DNA from: a virus
DNA: 64,000 bases
Reading direction: 5' to 3' (one strand)
Virus record (IMG/VR): IMGVR_UViG_3300044846_001970
Span: 1-64,000 of that record
Below, piece after piece: positions 31,389-41,178 of this stretch (positions are counted from its first letter, which is position 1; the number at the start of each line of letters is the position of its first letter). Below the pieces are notes generated by a model. The model was given only the letters and a program-made list of their open reading frames with translations. It searched no databases and had not been told where the DNA came from. The position numbers and the translations under genes are program-made.

Positions 31389-34300
31389 TATCTAGGGGAG
31401 TATTGATTTTTAGTATTGTATAATTTTAAGATCATATTTGTATCATATGAATCTGTTTTAATTAAATACATTAGATTAACCATTTGTCTAAACTTCTTTC
31501 TTTGCATCTGAGGTTTACTATAATCTACTGCAAGAGGGTTAATAGATTTCTTATAACCATTTGATTCAGTAATCCATAATTTATCTTGAGGATAATTTCC
31601 TAATAACACTGTAGTACCTGGAATAAGTTGTCCTGTTGGAGGATAACCTGAACCTACTGGAAACTCTCCTCTATCTTTAGTTATATCCCAGAATTGGTTT
31701 ATTCTATATTTACTTTCTTCTTTAGAGAATAATATATCAAAGGATTGCCCTGAAGTATTTAATTTAGGATAATCTAATGATAAAGTTATATTGTTCTTAG
31801 GAAAAATATTTAAGTTTAAATAACCAGAAATTTGCTCTGTATTATAAACAACTAGTTTATCAAAATTATAATCTAATACATTAAACTGATCTACACAATA
31901 GTTATTATCTCTTCTGTAACATTCAAGAACATATTCCATTGATCTAAGAGTTGTTACAGTTTGTCCTGTGCTTACAGGAAATTCTATTTCAAATGGATAT
32001 TGTACACCATAAAAATTACAATATGTAATACAATCAAAATTATGTTTATATAAACCATTATTATGTGTACTTACAAAACTTGCTTTTGATGGTATAGTTA
32101 AGTCAGGATGCCAGTCATGAAAGCTAATCCAAAATTTACTTTTAGGATCATAACTTACTGTAAATGAAGCATCTTCAAAAATCATTGGATCTCCTAATGG
32201 TAAGTAAAGTGGTGATGTAGGATTACCTGCTGAATCTGTTGGTGTATATTGGAAAGAACTATTTCTACCATCATTTATATAAATAACTTTGCCATCTAAT
32301 AAATTACCTTGACTATCAAACTTTTTAAGTTTATAATCTTTTTTACAAAAATATAGTACTGAATTATAGTTATCATAAATTGCTTGAGTACCTACACCAG
32401 AAACAGGATTATCTAAATAAGGATATTCAGGAAAGTCTTCTGTTAATTTACATGGTAAGAATTCATCAAACCACCATTTCATACCAGCTTGATTTATTTC
32501 TTGTAAACCTTCTCCATAAGTAAATACTTTACCTTGATCTTGTGATATATAATAAAGACCAGCAGGAGTTGATATTACAGATAATTTTCCTTGACAAGAA
32601 CCATACATATATGGAGTATCTGCCACAACAATATTTTGTGCTTCTTTTGAAAACAAACCTCCATCACCAATAATAACTTTTGTTCCTGAGCCATCCATTT
32701 CTAATGTATCAACTCCTTGGAATACTTGAGGACTATCATTTTTAAATGTTAAAAAAGCTCCTGTTTTAGCAAATGTCTTAACTGAACTAACTTGACTAAT
32801 AAACTTTTTTCTATTAAATGGTAAAAATATAAACCAGTTATCTGTAGGAGCATCATCTGAAATACCTAATGAATAAGTAATAACATTTGGTAAATAAGTA
32901 TAACATAGTTGAGAAACTAATGGATCATAGTATGTACTTTGTAAAAAACCAAAAGATGTAAATCTATTTGTTAATCTAACAATGCTTAATGAAAAATCAT
33001 AAATATAAAAGTTACCTTCTGTAGCTGTTAGTTTATCCATTCTAAATAATGTATTTAGATCTGTAAACATATAAGGTTGGTAACACTTTTCAAAATCAAA
33101 TGTACCTACTTCTCTAAAGTCAAGTAATACATCTGATTCTACTACAAAGTCCCTTACTCCTGATGCAGAAAGATAAAAATAAGAATCTTTAGCAAATGTA
33201 AATCCTGGATAAGGACTTGGATCATCATTAGTTCTATTATAATTTTTACTATCTAAATTAAAATAATCATTTGGAAAAAATCCATAACCTGTTGTGTTAC
33301 CTTGAATTAGGTTAGACCATGCAGTAAAATTTGTAACTTGTAATTCTGCTACACTATACTTTTCACTGTTTGCCCAATATCTTGGCTCAGGAATCATTTG
33401 ATTATTAAAATAATTATAAGGATATCCATTAGGATCTCCATATAACCAATCATAAAAAAAGAACATTGGATTCTTTTCTGTAAATCTAGTTACATAAGTA
33501 TCTCCATTAAATAACTCTATAGTATTTTGAATTACTCTTTTATTATATGCTATTGTAACTACTGTACCATTTGGTTGTGTAACAGTAACATTAAAATCTT
33601 GAGATGGTAAAACAGGTATGTTTTGTTCACAAGGAGTAATAGGTAATTGTATAATTGAATTTAATTGTCCATACTGATCATCTAAGTCTACTTTGATTGC
33701 AGCATAGTGACTTGCTATTGGAACACTAAATTCAATACTCTTTTCCCTTTCATTAATTTTTGGACCAAAATTATTACCTATATTAGGTAGCTCATCATCA
33801 AACATTCCAAGACTTCCTAATGATAAATCTTGTCCAGTTAAAAATTTAGGACCATCTGTTTGATTATTGTTTGCAGTTTCTGTTCTTAATACAAGTAACT
33901 TAGGTCTCTTATAATTATTAATTGTATAACTATCAATATTACCTGTTACAGTATTTGTATAATTTTTAATTTCTTGAGATGTATTTGTAAACATATAAAT
34001 ACCATCAGCAACTTTAAATCTTTTTGTGTCAGTATTAGAAGGTGTAGTATATACATCATATAGACCATGTCCTAAAAGTTGTAAAGCTTGTTGTCTATAT
34101 GTACCTACAGCATACATTAAATCTACTGCAGCTTGAGCACCTTCTTGAAAATAATATGCTAATTGTGATAAGTCACCCCCAAAATTAATTAAAACATTAA
34201 CCCATGATGGTAACATTTGCATACCTGTTAATTCTGCAGTATAACTTTGTGGAGTTAAATTACCACCAGCATTTAATATACTAGTATTATTAGTTTGATA

Positions 34301-36799
34301 AATATTACCTAATAACTCTGTTCCAGCAAATGCATCTAATAAAGATCCACCACCACTTCCATAACCTGCTATAGCTGACTCAAAAGCACTTTCAATACCA
34401 CTAACTACACCTGCAGCAATAGAATTTGTTTGTATACCTACTGTTGAATTACCTGCAGCTGCTGCAAATGTCCATTGTAAACCATATTGTGATGTAAAAC
34501 CTCCAGAAGGATAATTAATTTGTTTTTTACCACCAGACTTTAATAACACATCTATTAAACCAGCTACTAGTATTAAAAATAAAGCATCACTAGTCATTAA
34601 CTTAAACTTAGGATGACCTTGTGGTTCAATAAATTGTTGTCTTGCTTGACCAGATAAATGGCCATACATCTTTAATTCATTTGTAGCAAGATAAGGATTT
34701 CTAAAACTTACATCAGGTGAATGAAAACTAATAATGTTTTTTGGCATACTAACATTAACAACATCATTATTCTGCTTGGTTGATTTTATAAAAGGATCAT
34801 TATATTGATAGTTATGGTGAGCAGGATTTGTACTATTTCCTAATGGGATAATAGTATTATAAGGATAGTTAGCATATAATCCTTTTCTAGTATTTGCAGG
34901 TACACCTTGTCTTCTGTAATCTCTAAAGTTATTTATCATACCTTTAGCAATAACAGTTTTATTTCCTTCTCTAGATCCTCTTAAAATTTCATAACCTACA
35001 AGTCCAGGAATATCAATACCATTATTATCTTTTGGGATCATAATGTTATTAAACTTTACTCCCATTATTCTTATAAATAAAGCTCCTGTAGTAACATCTT
35101 TTCTAAAATGATTAGAACCAGTAGCTGTACTTACTAAACCAGAAACATTATCATAAATTAAATTTTCAGGAAACTTATGATGTCTAATTGGTGTGCCACA
35201 TAAATCATAATTAAGACTTGGCACATTATATACACCACTCCATTGATGATAACTTGCATTATAAATATCTGGTCTATTATCTGGATATATTTCACTAGAC
35301 TGCCAGTAACCCATATCTCCAGTACCAATAACTACACCTCCATCAGATAATACTGTATTAGGTGAAGGAAAGTTTTGAGTAGCTGTATTTATAGTTTCAA
35401 ATAAAAGAATATCTCCTGGAAAACTATTTGCATCAGAATAACTTCCATTTTCAAATTGATTTGGATTTGGTCCCCATTGTCTTGGTCCTCTTCCTGGTAT
35501 ATGATAAGATGCTGTTTTATCTCCTGTATTATAGACCCATCTAATAAAGAAAGAATAAACTTCATCTCTCATGTAGTTTGTTTTACTACCTCCTTTAAAA
35601 TAATAATCAGATGGATATTCAACAGCAACCCATTCTGATGTAATTAAATTTGCTAATGGTTGATAATTAAAATCAAACTTAGATGTTGGTCCTATTCTTA
35701 ATAAAAAATTATTAAGTTGTGTCATTTGATCTGACTTTTCAAATATAGGTTGTATTATTCCTATAAGAGATACAGGAACACTTTCAAGACTAGGAGCATA
35801 AGCATCTATTGCAATTCTACTTGTTCTAGTTGAATAGTATCCAATTTCTCTTCCTATGGTATTCTCATTAATATTTGCTACTAAAACAAAAACAAATTCA
35901 TCAAAGTTATCTGAATCTGCAGTAACATTAAGAACTAAAGATCCCTGTGCTCCATTAACAGTATATACAGGTTGAACATTACTTGGTGCAAAATAATCAG
36001 TTACCTTTTCTCCTTTTATAGTATATGCTATTACTGCATAGTAACTACCATTTTCTAATGCTCCTGATCCATTTCCAATTTCTAAATTAAGACATGGTGT
36101 TTGCATTAATCTTGCTAATCTTGTTGCATCACAATCTAAAGTATTAAGATCAACACAAATATTACAAGAACTAACTACACTACAGAATTGATCCCATTGA
36201 ACTCCAGGCCATAAAATTTTTGTAGCTGGGTCTAATATGTTAATATAATAATTTACATTAGCTCCTGGTCCAGCCCAAATATATTCAGAAAGTGAAGGCC
36301 ATAGTTGTGAATCTCCAATATTTAAATATCTATCTGGATTAAGTCCATCAGCCCAATATGCTTGCCATGAACAATCTTGTAATTGTCTTGTTGCTCCAGA
36401 GATAAGATTAGTTTTACTAAAACCTAAACACTTATCTTGAACAATTGGTCTATAGATACAACTCTCTTCATCAAATATACCAATCTCTGACATAGCAGAC
36501 ATAATAGATATATCTGTAATATGTGCTGCTGTAAAGATGAGCCACTTATCACTAAACAAATGTATGGTGCCTATTATATATTTATAAGGAGCTACTATTG
36601 TTGCTCCTGCTGTTGCACATAATACATTTGCTGATTCATTAGATATAGTTCCAACATCTCCTTCAGAAGTATTGTTTACTGCATTTCTAGCATGAGTCCA
36701 CATTCCTTCTCCAAGAAAACCTTGATCAGAATCTTTATTAAGACCTTTAATAAAAGTAGATAACTTATCTAATCCGCTACTTGCTTCTTCTTTTGCCAT
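31388..36799 (-). CDS. Tail muzzle/stabilisation protein (crAss-like, P22 gp10-like)
   Basis: 1803 aa, beta-rich. N-terminal TFIKGLNKD...ARNA; YMRDEVYSFFIRWVY; C-terminal FTVSYDPKSKFWISFHDWHP. Directly downstream of the ring proteins, as in crAss-like tail modules. Confidence 0.75.
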   Translation of the reverse strand: MAKEEASSGLDKLSTFIKGLNKDSDQGFLGEGMWTHARNAVNNTSEGDVGTISNESANVLCATAGATIVAPYKYIIGTIHLFSDKWLIFTAAHITDISIMSAMSEIGIFDEESCIYRPIVQDKCLGFSKTNLISGATRQLQDCSWQAYWADGLNPDRYLNIGDSQLWPSLSEYIWAGPGANVNYYINILDPATKILWPGVQWDQFCSVVSSCNICVDLNTLDCDATRLARLMQTPCLNLEIGNGSGALENGSYYAVIAYTIKGEKVTDYFAPSNVQPVYTVNGAQGSLVLNVTADSDNFDEFVFVLVANINENTIGREIGYYSTRTSRIAIDAYAPSLESVPVSLIGIIQPIFEKSDQMTQLNNFLLRIGPTSKFDFNYQPLANLITSEWVAVEYPSDYYFKGGSKTNYMRDEVYSFFIRWVYNTGDKTASYHIPGRGPRQWGPNPNQFENGSYSDANSFPGDILLFETINTATQNFPSPNTVLSDGGVVIGTGDMGYWQSSEIYPDNRPDIYNASYHQWSGVYNVPSLNYDLCGTPIRHHKFPENLIYDNVSGLVSTATGSNHFRKDVTTGALFIRIMGVKFNNIMIPKDNNGIDIPGLVGYEILRGSREGNKTVIAKGMINNFRDYRRQGVPANTRKGLYANYPYNTIIPLGNSTNPAHHNYQYNDPFIKSTKQNNDVVNVSMPKNIISFHSPDVSFRNPYLATNELKMYGHLSGQARQQFIEPQGHPKFKLMTSDALFLILVAGLIDVLLKSGGKKQINYPSGGFTSQYGLQWTFAAAAGNSTVGIQTNSIAAGVVSGIESAFESAIAGYGSGGGSLLDAFAGTELLGNIYQTNNTSILNAGGNLTPQSYTAELTGMQMLPSWVNVLINFGGDLSQLAYYFQEGAQAAVDLMYAVGTYRQQALQLLGHGLYDVYTTPSNTDTKRFKVADGIYMFTNTSQEIKNYTNTVTGNIDSYTINNYKRPKLLVLRTETANNNQTDGPKFLTGQDLSLGSLGMFDDELPNIGNNFGPKINEREKSIEFSVPIASHYAAIKVDLDDQYGQLNSIIQLPITPCEQNIPVLPSQDFNVTVTQPNGTVVTIAYNKRVIQNTIELFNGDTYVTRFTEKNPMFFFYDWLYGDPNGYPYNYFNNQMIPEPRYWANSEKYSVAELQVTNFTAWSNLIQGNTTGYGFFPNDYFNLDSKNYNRTNDDPSPYPGFTFAKDSYFYLSASGVRDFVVESDVLLDFREVGTFDFEKCYQPYMFTDLNTLFRMDKLTATEGNFYIYDFSLSIVRLTNRFTSFGFLQSTYYDPLVSQLCYTYLPNVITYSLGISDDAPTDNWFIFLPFNRKKFISQVSSVKTFAKTGAFLTFKNDSPQVFQGVDTLEMDGSGTKVIIGDGGLFSKEAQNIVVADTPYMYGSCQGKLSVISTPAGLYYISQDQGKVFTYGEGLQEINQAGMKWWFDEFLPCKLTEDFPEYPYLDNPVSGVGTQAIYDNYNSVLYFCKKDYKLKKFDSQGNLLDGKVIYINDGRNSSFQYTPTDSAGNPTSPLYLPLGDPMIFEDASFTVSYDPKSKFWISFHDWHPDLTIPSKASFVSTHNNGLYKHNFDCITYCNFYGVQYPFEIEFPVSTGQTVTTLRSMEYVLECYRRDNNYCVDQFNVLDYNFDKLVVYNTEQISGYLNLNIFPKNNITLSLDYPKLNTSGQSFDILFSKEESKYRINQFWDITKDRGEFPVGSGYPPTGQLIPGTTVLLGNYPQDKLWITESNGYKKSINPLAVDYSKPQMQRKKFRQMVNLMYLIKTDSYDTNMILKLYNTKNQYSPR

Positions 36800-37854
36800 T
36801 ATATAACTCTTGTTGCATTAGGATTTGGTCTGTATGTATTTGCTGGTCTATTAGAATTAAACATATCATAATACTTAGAATACTGTGCTCTTCTATTAGT
36901 CCACCATAATTTTTCCATTTCTTTAAAGTTAGGAGTATTTACTAAACTTAAAGCATTATTTCTAGCAGACTTAACTCTTTGTTCTACTAACTGCATTCTT
37001 TGTGATACATCTTCTCCATTTAAATAAAGATTTTCAAGTATTCTTTGTTTAAATGAATACTCATAATATTCATTAAGAAGATCATGATCTGGAACTAATA
37101 ACTGTCCATCATCTGTCTCCATTTGACCTTGATAATTTAAATAAACTTTTCCTGTTTCAAAAGTAGTAAATAAAAAACCACCTTGTATCCAACCTTCATT
37201 ATTAGTATTCTGATATAAGTTAGGGCAATTACAATCAATACCTTGACTTTGTCTCATCCTTAAAGGTAAAAGACTTTTGTATGTTCTTGTTTGAGATGAA
37301 TTGACTACTTGAATAAGTTCCCATTTTTCTCCTTTACAGTTCATAAAAACTCTTGGTCTAATACAAGTATCCCCATAAGGACTTAAAGGGTCATAGGATG
37401 TAGGTATAGTAGGTGTAGGGCAAGTAGTATCACAACTGTTATTCATGCAAGCTGCTGTATGATTACATGGATTTGCATTACATACTGCACAGTTTACAGT
37501 TATAGGAGCACACACATCTACATTAGCAGGTACTTCTACATAAGGAACTTCTTGCATATTAGTACCACCAGTCATTCCACCATAACCAACACTTACTGTA
37601 TAGTCATTACAAATGAAGGCATAATTAAAAGTATAAAAATCATCAGGTAATTTTACTCTACCATGAGTTACATCTAGTATAACTTCTTTAGTTTGATTAA
37701 TTCTTAAACCTAAATCATAGTTTATTTTTTTAGCTAATTTGATAAGTTGTTGAGGCTCTATCATATTCTCTAAAGCAAATGTGTTTAGATCAATAGTAAC
37801 ATCTTCCAGCAACTGGTCAAATGTTCTATATTTAAGTGTATAATTAAAATCCAT
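36799..37854 (-). CDS. Tail ring/tubular protein (P22 gp4-like) with Cys-rich insertion
   Basis: GRVKLPDDF...FETGKVYLNYQGQMETDDGQLLVPD pattern; adjacent to the muzzle gene. Confidence 0.65.
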   Translation of the reverse strand: MDFNYTLKYRTFDQLLEDVTIDLNTFALENMIEPQQLIKLAKKINYDLGLRINQTKEVILDVTHGRVKLPDDFYTFNYAFICNDYTVSVGYGGMTGGTNMQEVPYVEVPANVDVCAPITVNCAVCNANPCNHTAACMNNSCDTTCPTPTIPTSYDPLSPYGDTCIRPRVFMNCKGEKWELIQVVNSSQTRTYKSLLPLRMRQSQGIDCNCPNLYQNTNNEGWIQGGFLFTTFETGKVYLNYQGQMETDDGQLLVPDHDLLNEYYEYSFKQRILENLYLNGEDVSQRMQLVEQRVKSARNNALSLVNTPNFKEMEKLWWTNRRAQYSKYYDMFNSNRPANTYRPNPNATRVI

Positions 37855-38513
37855 TATCTAAGAGTATTTTGACTATCATCAGCACCATCTGTTGGTATTG
37901 ACATAGACATAGTTAATTCTTTAATTACCATTTGTTCTACTTCAGAAAATAAATACTCTGGAATATTATAACTTTCATTTTGTCTAGTCATACAATCTTC
38001 TTCACAAATTTCTACTTTGTTTTCAAAAATAGCTTCCATCCTTATTGCTTCCCAATCTATATTAGGACAATAGATATATCCATTTAAATACCAAAAGTAT
38101 CTTCTTGTATTGTATTTGAAAGTTGTTGATTTTGTAATAGACACCCAAGTCCCTGGTTCTGTTCTAAACATTTCTATAGAACCATCTATAGAAGATGTAG
38201 TACGTATAATAGGACCAAACATACCATCTAGTATACTTGGTAATTTATCTTTTGATCTTTTAAAATAACATTCAGAATAAACTCCAACACATCCAGCTTC
38301 TACTTTATCTACATCTATTAGTTCTATATAAGGTAGAACTTGAAAGATCTGACTCATCTTCATTAACCTGAATTGATTGTCTTCTCTTTTAATTAAAGTC
38401 TTTGCATATTTTTGTATTGCAAAATAAATAGTTCTATCTGTTAAGAAAGGATCTTCCTTAACTGCCTTTAGAACATTTCTAACTCTTGATATGGCTTCTC
38501 CAATTGTTGTCAT
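37854..38513 (-). CDS. Tail ring protein
   Basis: MTTIGEAISRVR...YFWYLNGYIY...IFENK...IPEYL resembles crAss-like ring proteins; synteny. Confidence 0.6.
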   Translation of the reverse strand: MTTIGEAISRVRNVLKAVKEDPFLTDRTIYFAIQKYAKTLIKREDNQFRLMKMSQIFQVLPYIELIDVDKVEAGCVGVYSECYFKRSKDKLPSILDGMFGPIIRTTSSIDGSIEMFRTEPGTWVSITKSTTFKYNTRRYFWYLNGYIYCPNIDWEAIRMEAIFENKVEICEEDCMTRQNESYNIPEYLFSEVEQMVIKELTMSMSIPTDGADDSQNTLR

Positions 38514-39091
38514 AGGTCAAACTCATTATAATTTTCTAAAGCAATTTTTTGTTTCTTTAATATTATATCTTTTAAAATAGCTTTTTGATATGTAAGTCTA
38601 AGTTTTGTGGTCGCATCTACTACAACATACATATTCCAATTTTCTGGATAACTTTTAGCAACAGCTCTTTTAAATTCTCTACATGCTACAAAACTCCAAA
38701 ATTCTCTATTTTTCATTTTATGTTTTGGGGCATGACTTGTAAAAAAAATCTTTGCTAGTTTACCATCTGATTCCCAATTCCTATTTGTTACAGTAACTCC
38801 ATATTTGTTAGATTTAGCAAAGTCAATATTTTGTTTCTTACTTTCTTGACATGTACCAATAAATAACCAACCTATTGTTTCTGGAAGTTGAACTCCATCT
38901 CTTTTATCTATAACAGTTTTATAAACAGCATTATTAAAATTCTTTACTATATTTTTTAATAACCCATCATCTATATTTTTATACTTAGTATGTTTTTCTT
39001 TAAACTTTTTAAAAAACTCTTTATTTAGAACATTATAACTGTCCGGTCTAAATCTTGGAGCTTTAACATCTGGCTTTTTAAATTCTTTCAT
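38510..39091 (-). CDS. IHF/HU-like DNA-binding protein (crAss-like)
   Basis: Basic; helix-helix then GVQLPETIGWLFI beta segment; typical position in the crAss-like tail module. Confidence 0.5.
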   Translation of the reverse strand: MKEFKKPDVKAPRFRPDSYNVLNKEFFKKFKEKHTKYKNIDDGLLKNIVKNFNNAVYKTVIDKRDGVQLPETIGWLFIGTCQESKKQNIDFAKSNKYGVTVTNRNWESDGKLAKIFFTSHAPKHKMKNREFWSFVACREFKRAVAKSYPENWNMYVVVDATTKLRLTYQKAILKDIILKKQKIALENYNEFDL

Positions 39092-39100
39092 ACTATACTA

Positions 39101-39115
39101 TTTAATATACTAAAA
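39101..39115 (-). promoter_or_regulatory. Putative phage promoter motif (TTTTAGTATATTAAA)
   Basis: Directly downstream of a terminator, upstream of the IHF-like gene. Confidence 0.55.
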
Positions 39116-39142
39116 ATAAATGACTTTAGCAAATATAGGTAT

Positions 39143-39173
39143 AAAAACAAAACCTCCCACAAGTGTGAGAGGT
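39143..39173 (-). terminator. Rho-independent terminator
   Basis: Minus strand ACCTCTCAC-ACTT-GTGGGAGGT followed by TTTGTTTTT. Confidence 0.75.
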
Positions 39174-39215
39174 CTGTCTGTTGTTACAGAAACCAACAAC
39201 TGCAACTTTATTTTT

Positions 39216-39452
39216 TTATGCACAGAAATGTGCTACTATTAAAGCTAATGCATCTGCCATAGATGTATTAGTAGGAACTACTTCTACTAAACCACACATA
39301 ATTGGATCACCAGTATATATAGTACACTGAGCATCTGTTACTGTGTAACATGGTTCTGGATCAGGACATCCTCCTGGGGTTGGGCATGGAGCTGGACTAA
39401 CTAAAAAGCTATCTTTACATCCACATTCTTTACAAGTATATTTTGTTGCCAT
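39216..39452 (-). CDS. Small Cys-rich protein, stand-alone copy of the fibre N-terminal module
   Basis: CYTVTDAQCTIYTGDPIMC...TSMADALALI parallels CSPISSNCVIWQGPDLPC...DTISDVVEAL of the adjacent 561-aa ORF. Confidence 0.65.
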   Translation of the reverse strand: MATKYTCKECGCKDSFLVSPAPCPTPGGCPDPEPCYTVTDAQCTIYTGDPIMCGLVEVVPTNTSMADALALIVAHFCA

Positions 39453-39463
39453 AATTTAAATTA

Positions 39464-41149
39464 TTAAGTACAAGGTACAGGAGTTGGTATTAAAGTTTCA
39501 CAAGGTCCTATGTAAGACATAAGTCCTGATAATTGAATTATAAATCCACCAAGTTGATCAGCATGACCAGCATTTTGAGTAAAGGCCCAAGTATCAGCAT
39601 CACCTGTAAGACTAGGTGAATATGCACCTGCTGCTGTAGCATTATAACTTGAGGGTGCAGTTGGTGTAAAAGTTGGTATATTTTCACCAGATATAATATT
39701 ACTTATCACACTTCTACTTATAGCACTATATTCAATACCAGATCCTGCACTTGCATATGATTCATCATATAAAGGCCCAGATATTTGTAATACACCAGAA
39801 CTTGAAATAGAAACACCTACTAAAGAATTTAAACCAGCATTTATATTACCTGTAGTTCTTACTGTTCTTTGAATAATCTGTCTTGTACCTAAAACATAAC
39901 TTCCATCTAATGTATTACCTACTGGTATAACTGATGTAGGAATTACTGAATTACCTTTATTAAACCTAAGACCAATTGCAGTACCTGCCGCCCATACACC
40001 ACCATTATATCCTATTAATAAACATGAGTCAGCTGCATTAACAGAAGTAATAGTATTAAATGTATTTCCGTATGCTAATGGAACATAATCATCTGCATCA
40101 TTTGATGTATTAATAACACCTCCCGCACCAAAACTTGCATTTCCCATAGGAACAACAGCATATCCTCTAAAATGAATTACATTACCAATTCTTCTACATT
40201 GTGGTCTACCTGGATTAGCAGACATAAAAGCAAATCCTGATAAATTAACCCATCCTGTATCTTGAACATTTGCGGTTAATACCCCAGTTGTAAAATCTAA
40301 ATTAACAGAGTTTGTATCTTGTACACTTAAAGGTGTACTAGTTATTTGACAAAGAGCAATCCATATATTAGTTATACTTTCTGCTAAAGTTGTTGGAGTT
40401 GCTGTCCAATTTGGATTAGATGTAATGTCTGTACTAAAACTACAATCAGGAACTAATGAAGTTCCAATTTGAGATATAGTTCCTAATACACCCATTAAAC
40501 TACAATAACCATTAGTAGTGTTATTAATTAATTGATCAAGAACAATATCTAATGAGTATGAATTACCAGAAAGTAAAGTTCCAATATTACAATTAATAAC
40601 AATACTTGGAATTGGAATAGCTGGTGGAGGTGTATCTTCTAATGCAGTTACTCTTATTAATAAATTACTTATCTGTAAATTAATATTAGATATGTCTGTA
40701 ATGATTGAACAAATTCTTAATCCTATTGCATTAACATAATCTACTAATTGCATAGTAGTTTGTGTTCCTATTACAAAACATGGAGCTACACTTACTACAC
40801 AATCAGGACATCCTGTTAAATCTGCTGAACTACTTCTAGTTGAAAATGCATCACTTCTAGCTAAAGTTGTATCAATATTTTCTAAAGCACAAATTCTATC
40901 AATTAAAAATTGTATTAATGTAACAAAATCTTTTGGTCCACAAGCAGTAATATCAAAGCATGTAAGATCATAATTTTTTATATCTAATATATCTAATATA
41001 CCACATAGTTCTAAAGCAAGTGCTTCTACTACATCTGATATAGTGTCTCCTTTACATAACTTAATACATGGAAGATCTGGACCTTGCCAAATGACACAGT
41101 TTGATGAAATTGGGCTACAAGGAGAGTTATCGTAATTTAAAGGTTTCAT
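39464..41149 (-). CDS. Tail fibre/receptor-binding protein
   Basis: Cys-rich N-terminal module, coiled-coil shaft, then VQDTGWVNL...CRRIGNVIHFRG, a fibre-tip beta-domain pattern. Confidence 0.65.
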   Translation of the reverse strand: MKPLNYDNSPCSPISSNCVIWQGPDLPCIKLCKGDTISDVVEALALELCGILDILDIKNYDLTCFDITACGPKDFVTLIQFLIDRICALENIDTTLARSDAFSTRSSSADLTGCPDCVVSVAPCFVIGTQTTMQLVDYVNAIGLRICSIITDISNINLQISNLLIRVTALEDTPPPAIPIPSIVINCNIGTLLSGNSYSLDIVLDQLINNTTNGYCSLMGVLGTISQIGTSLVPDCSFSTDITSNPNWTATPTTLAESITNIWIALCQITSTPLSVQDTNSVNLDFTTGVLTANVQDTGWVNLSGFAFMSANPGRPQCRRIGNVIHFRGYAVVPMGNASFGAGGVINTSNDADDYVPLAYGNTFNTITSVNAADSCLLIGYNGGVWAAGTAIGLRFNKGNSVIPTSVIPVGNTLDGSYVLGTRQIIQRTVRTTGNINAGLNSLVGVSISSSGVLQISGPLYDESYASAGSGIEYSAISRSVISNIISGENIPTFTPTAPSSYNATAAGAYSPSLTGDADTWAFTQNAGHADQLGGFIIQLSGLMSYIGPCETLIPTPVPCT

Positions 41150-41164
41150 ATCTTTTCTATTAAT

Positions 41165-41178
41165 ATAATATACAAATT
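41165..41178 (-). promoter_or_regulatory. Putative phage promoter motif (AATTTGTATATTAT)
   Basis: Occupies most of a 27-nt intergenic gap before the fibre gene. Confidence 0.5.
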
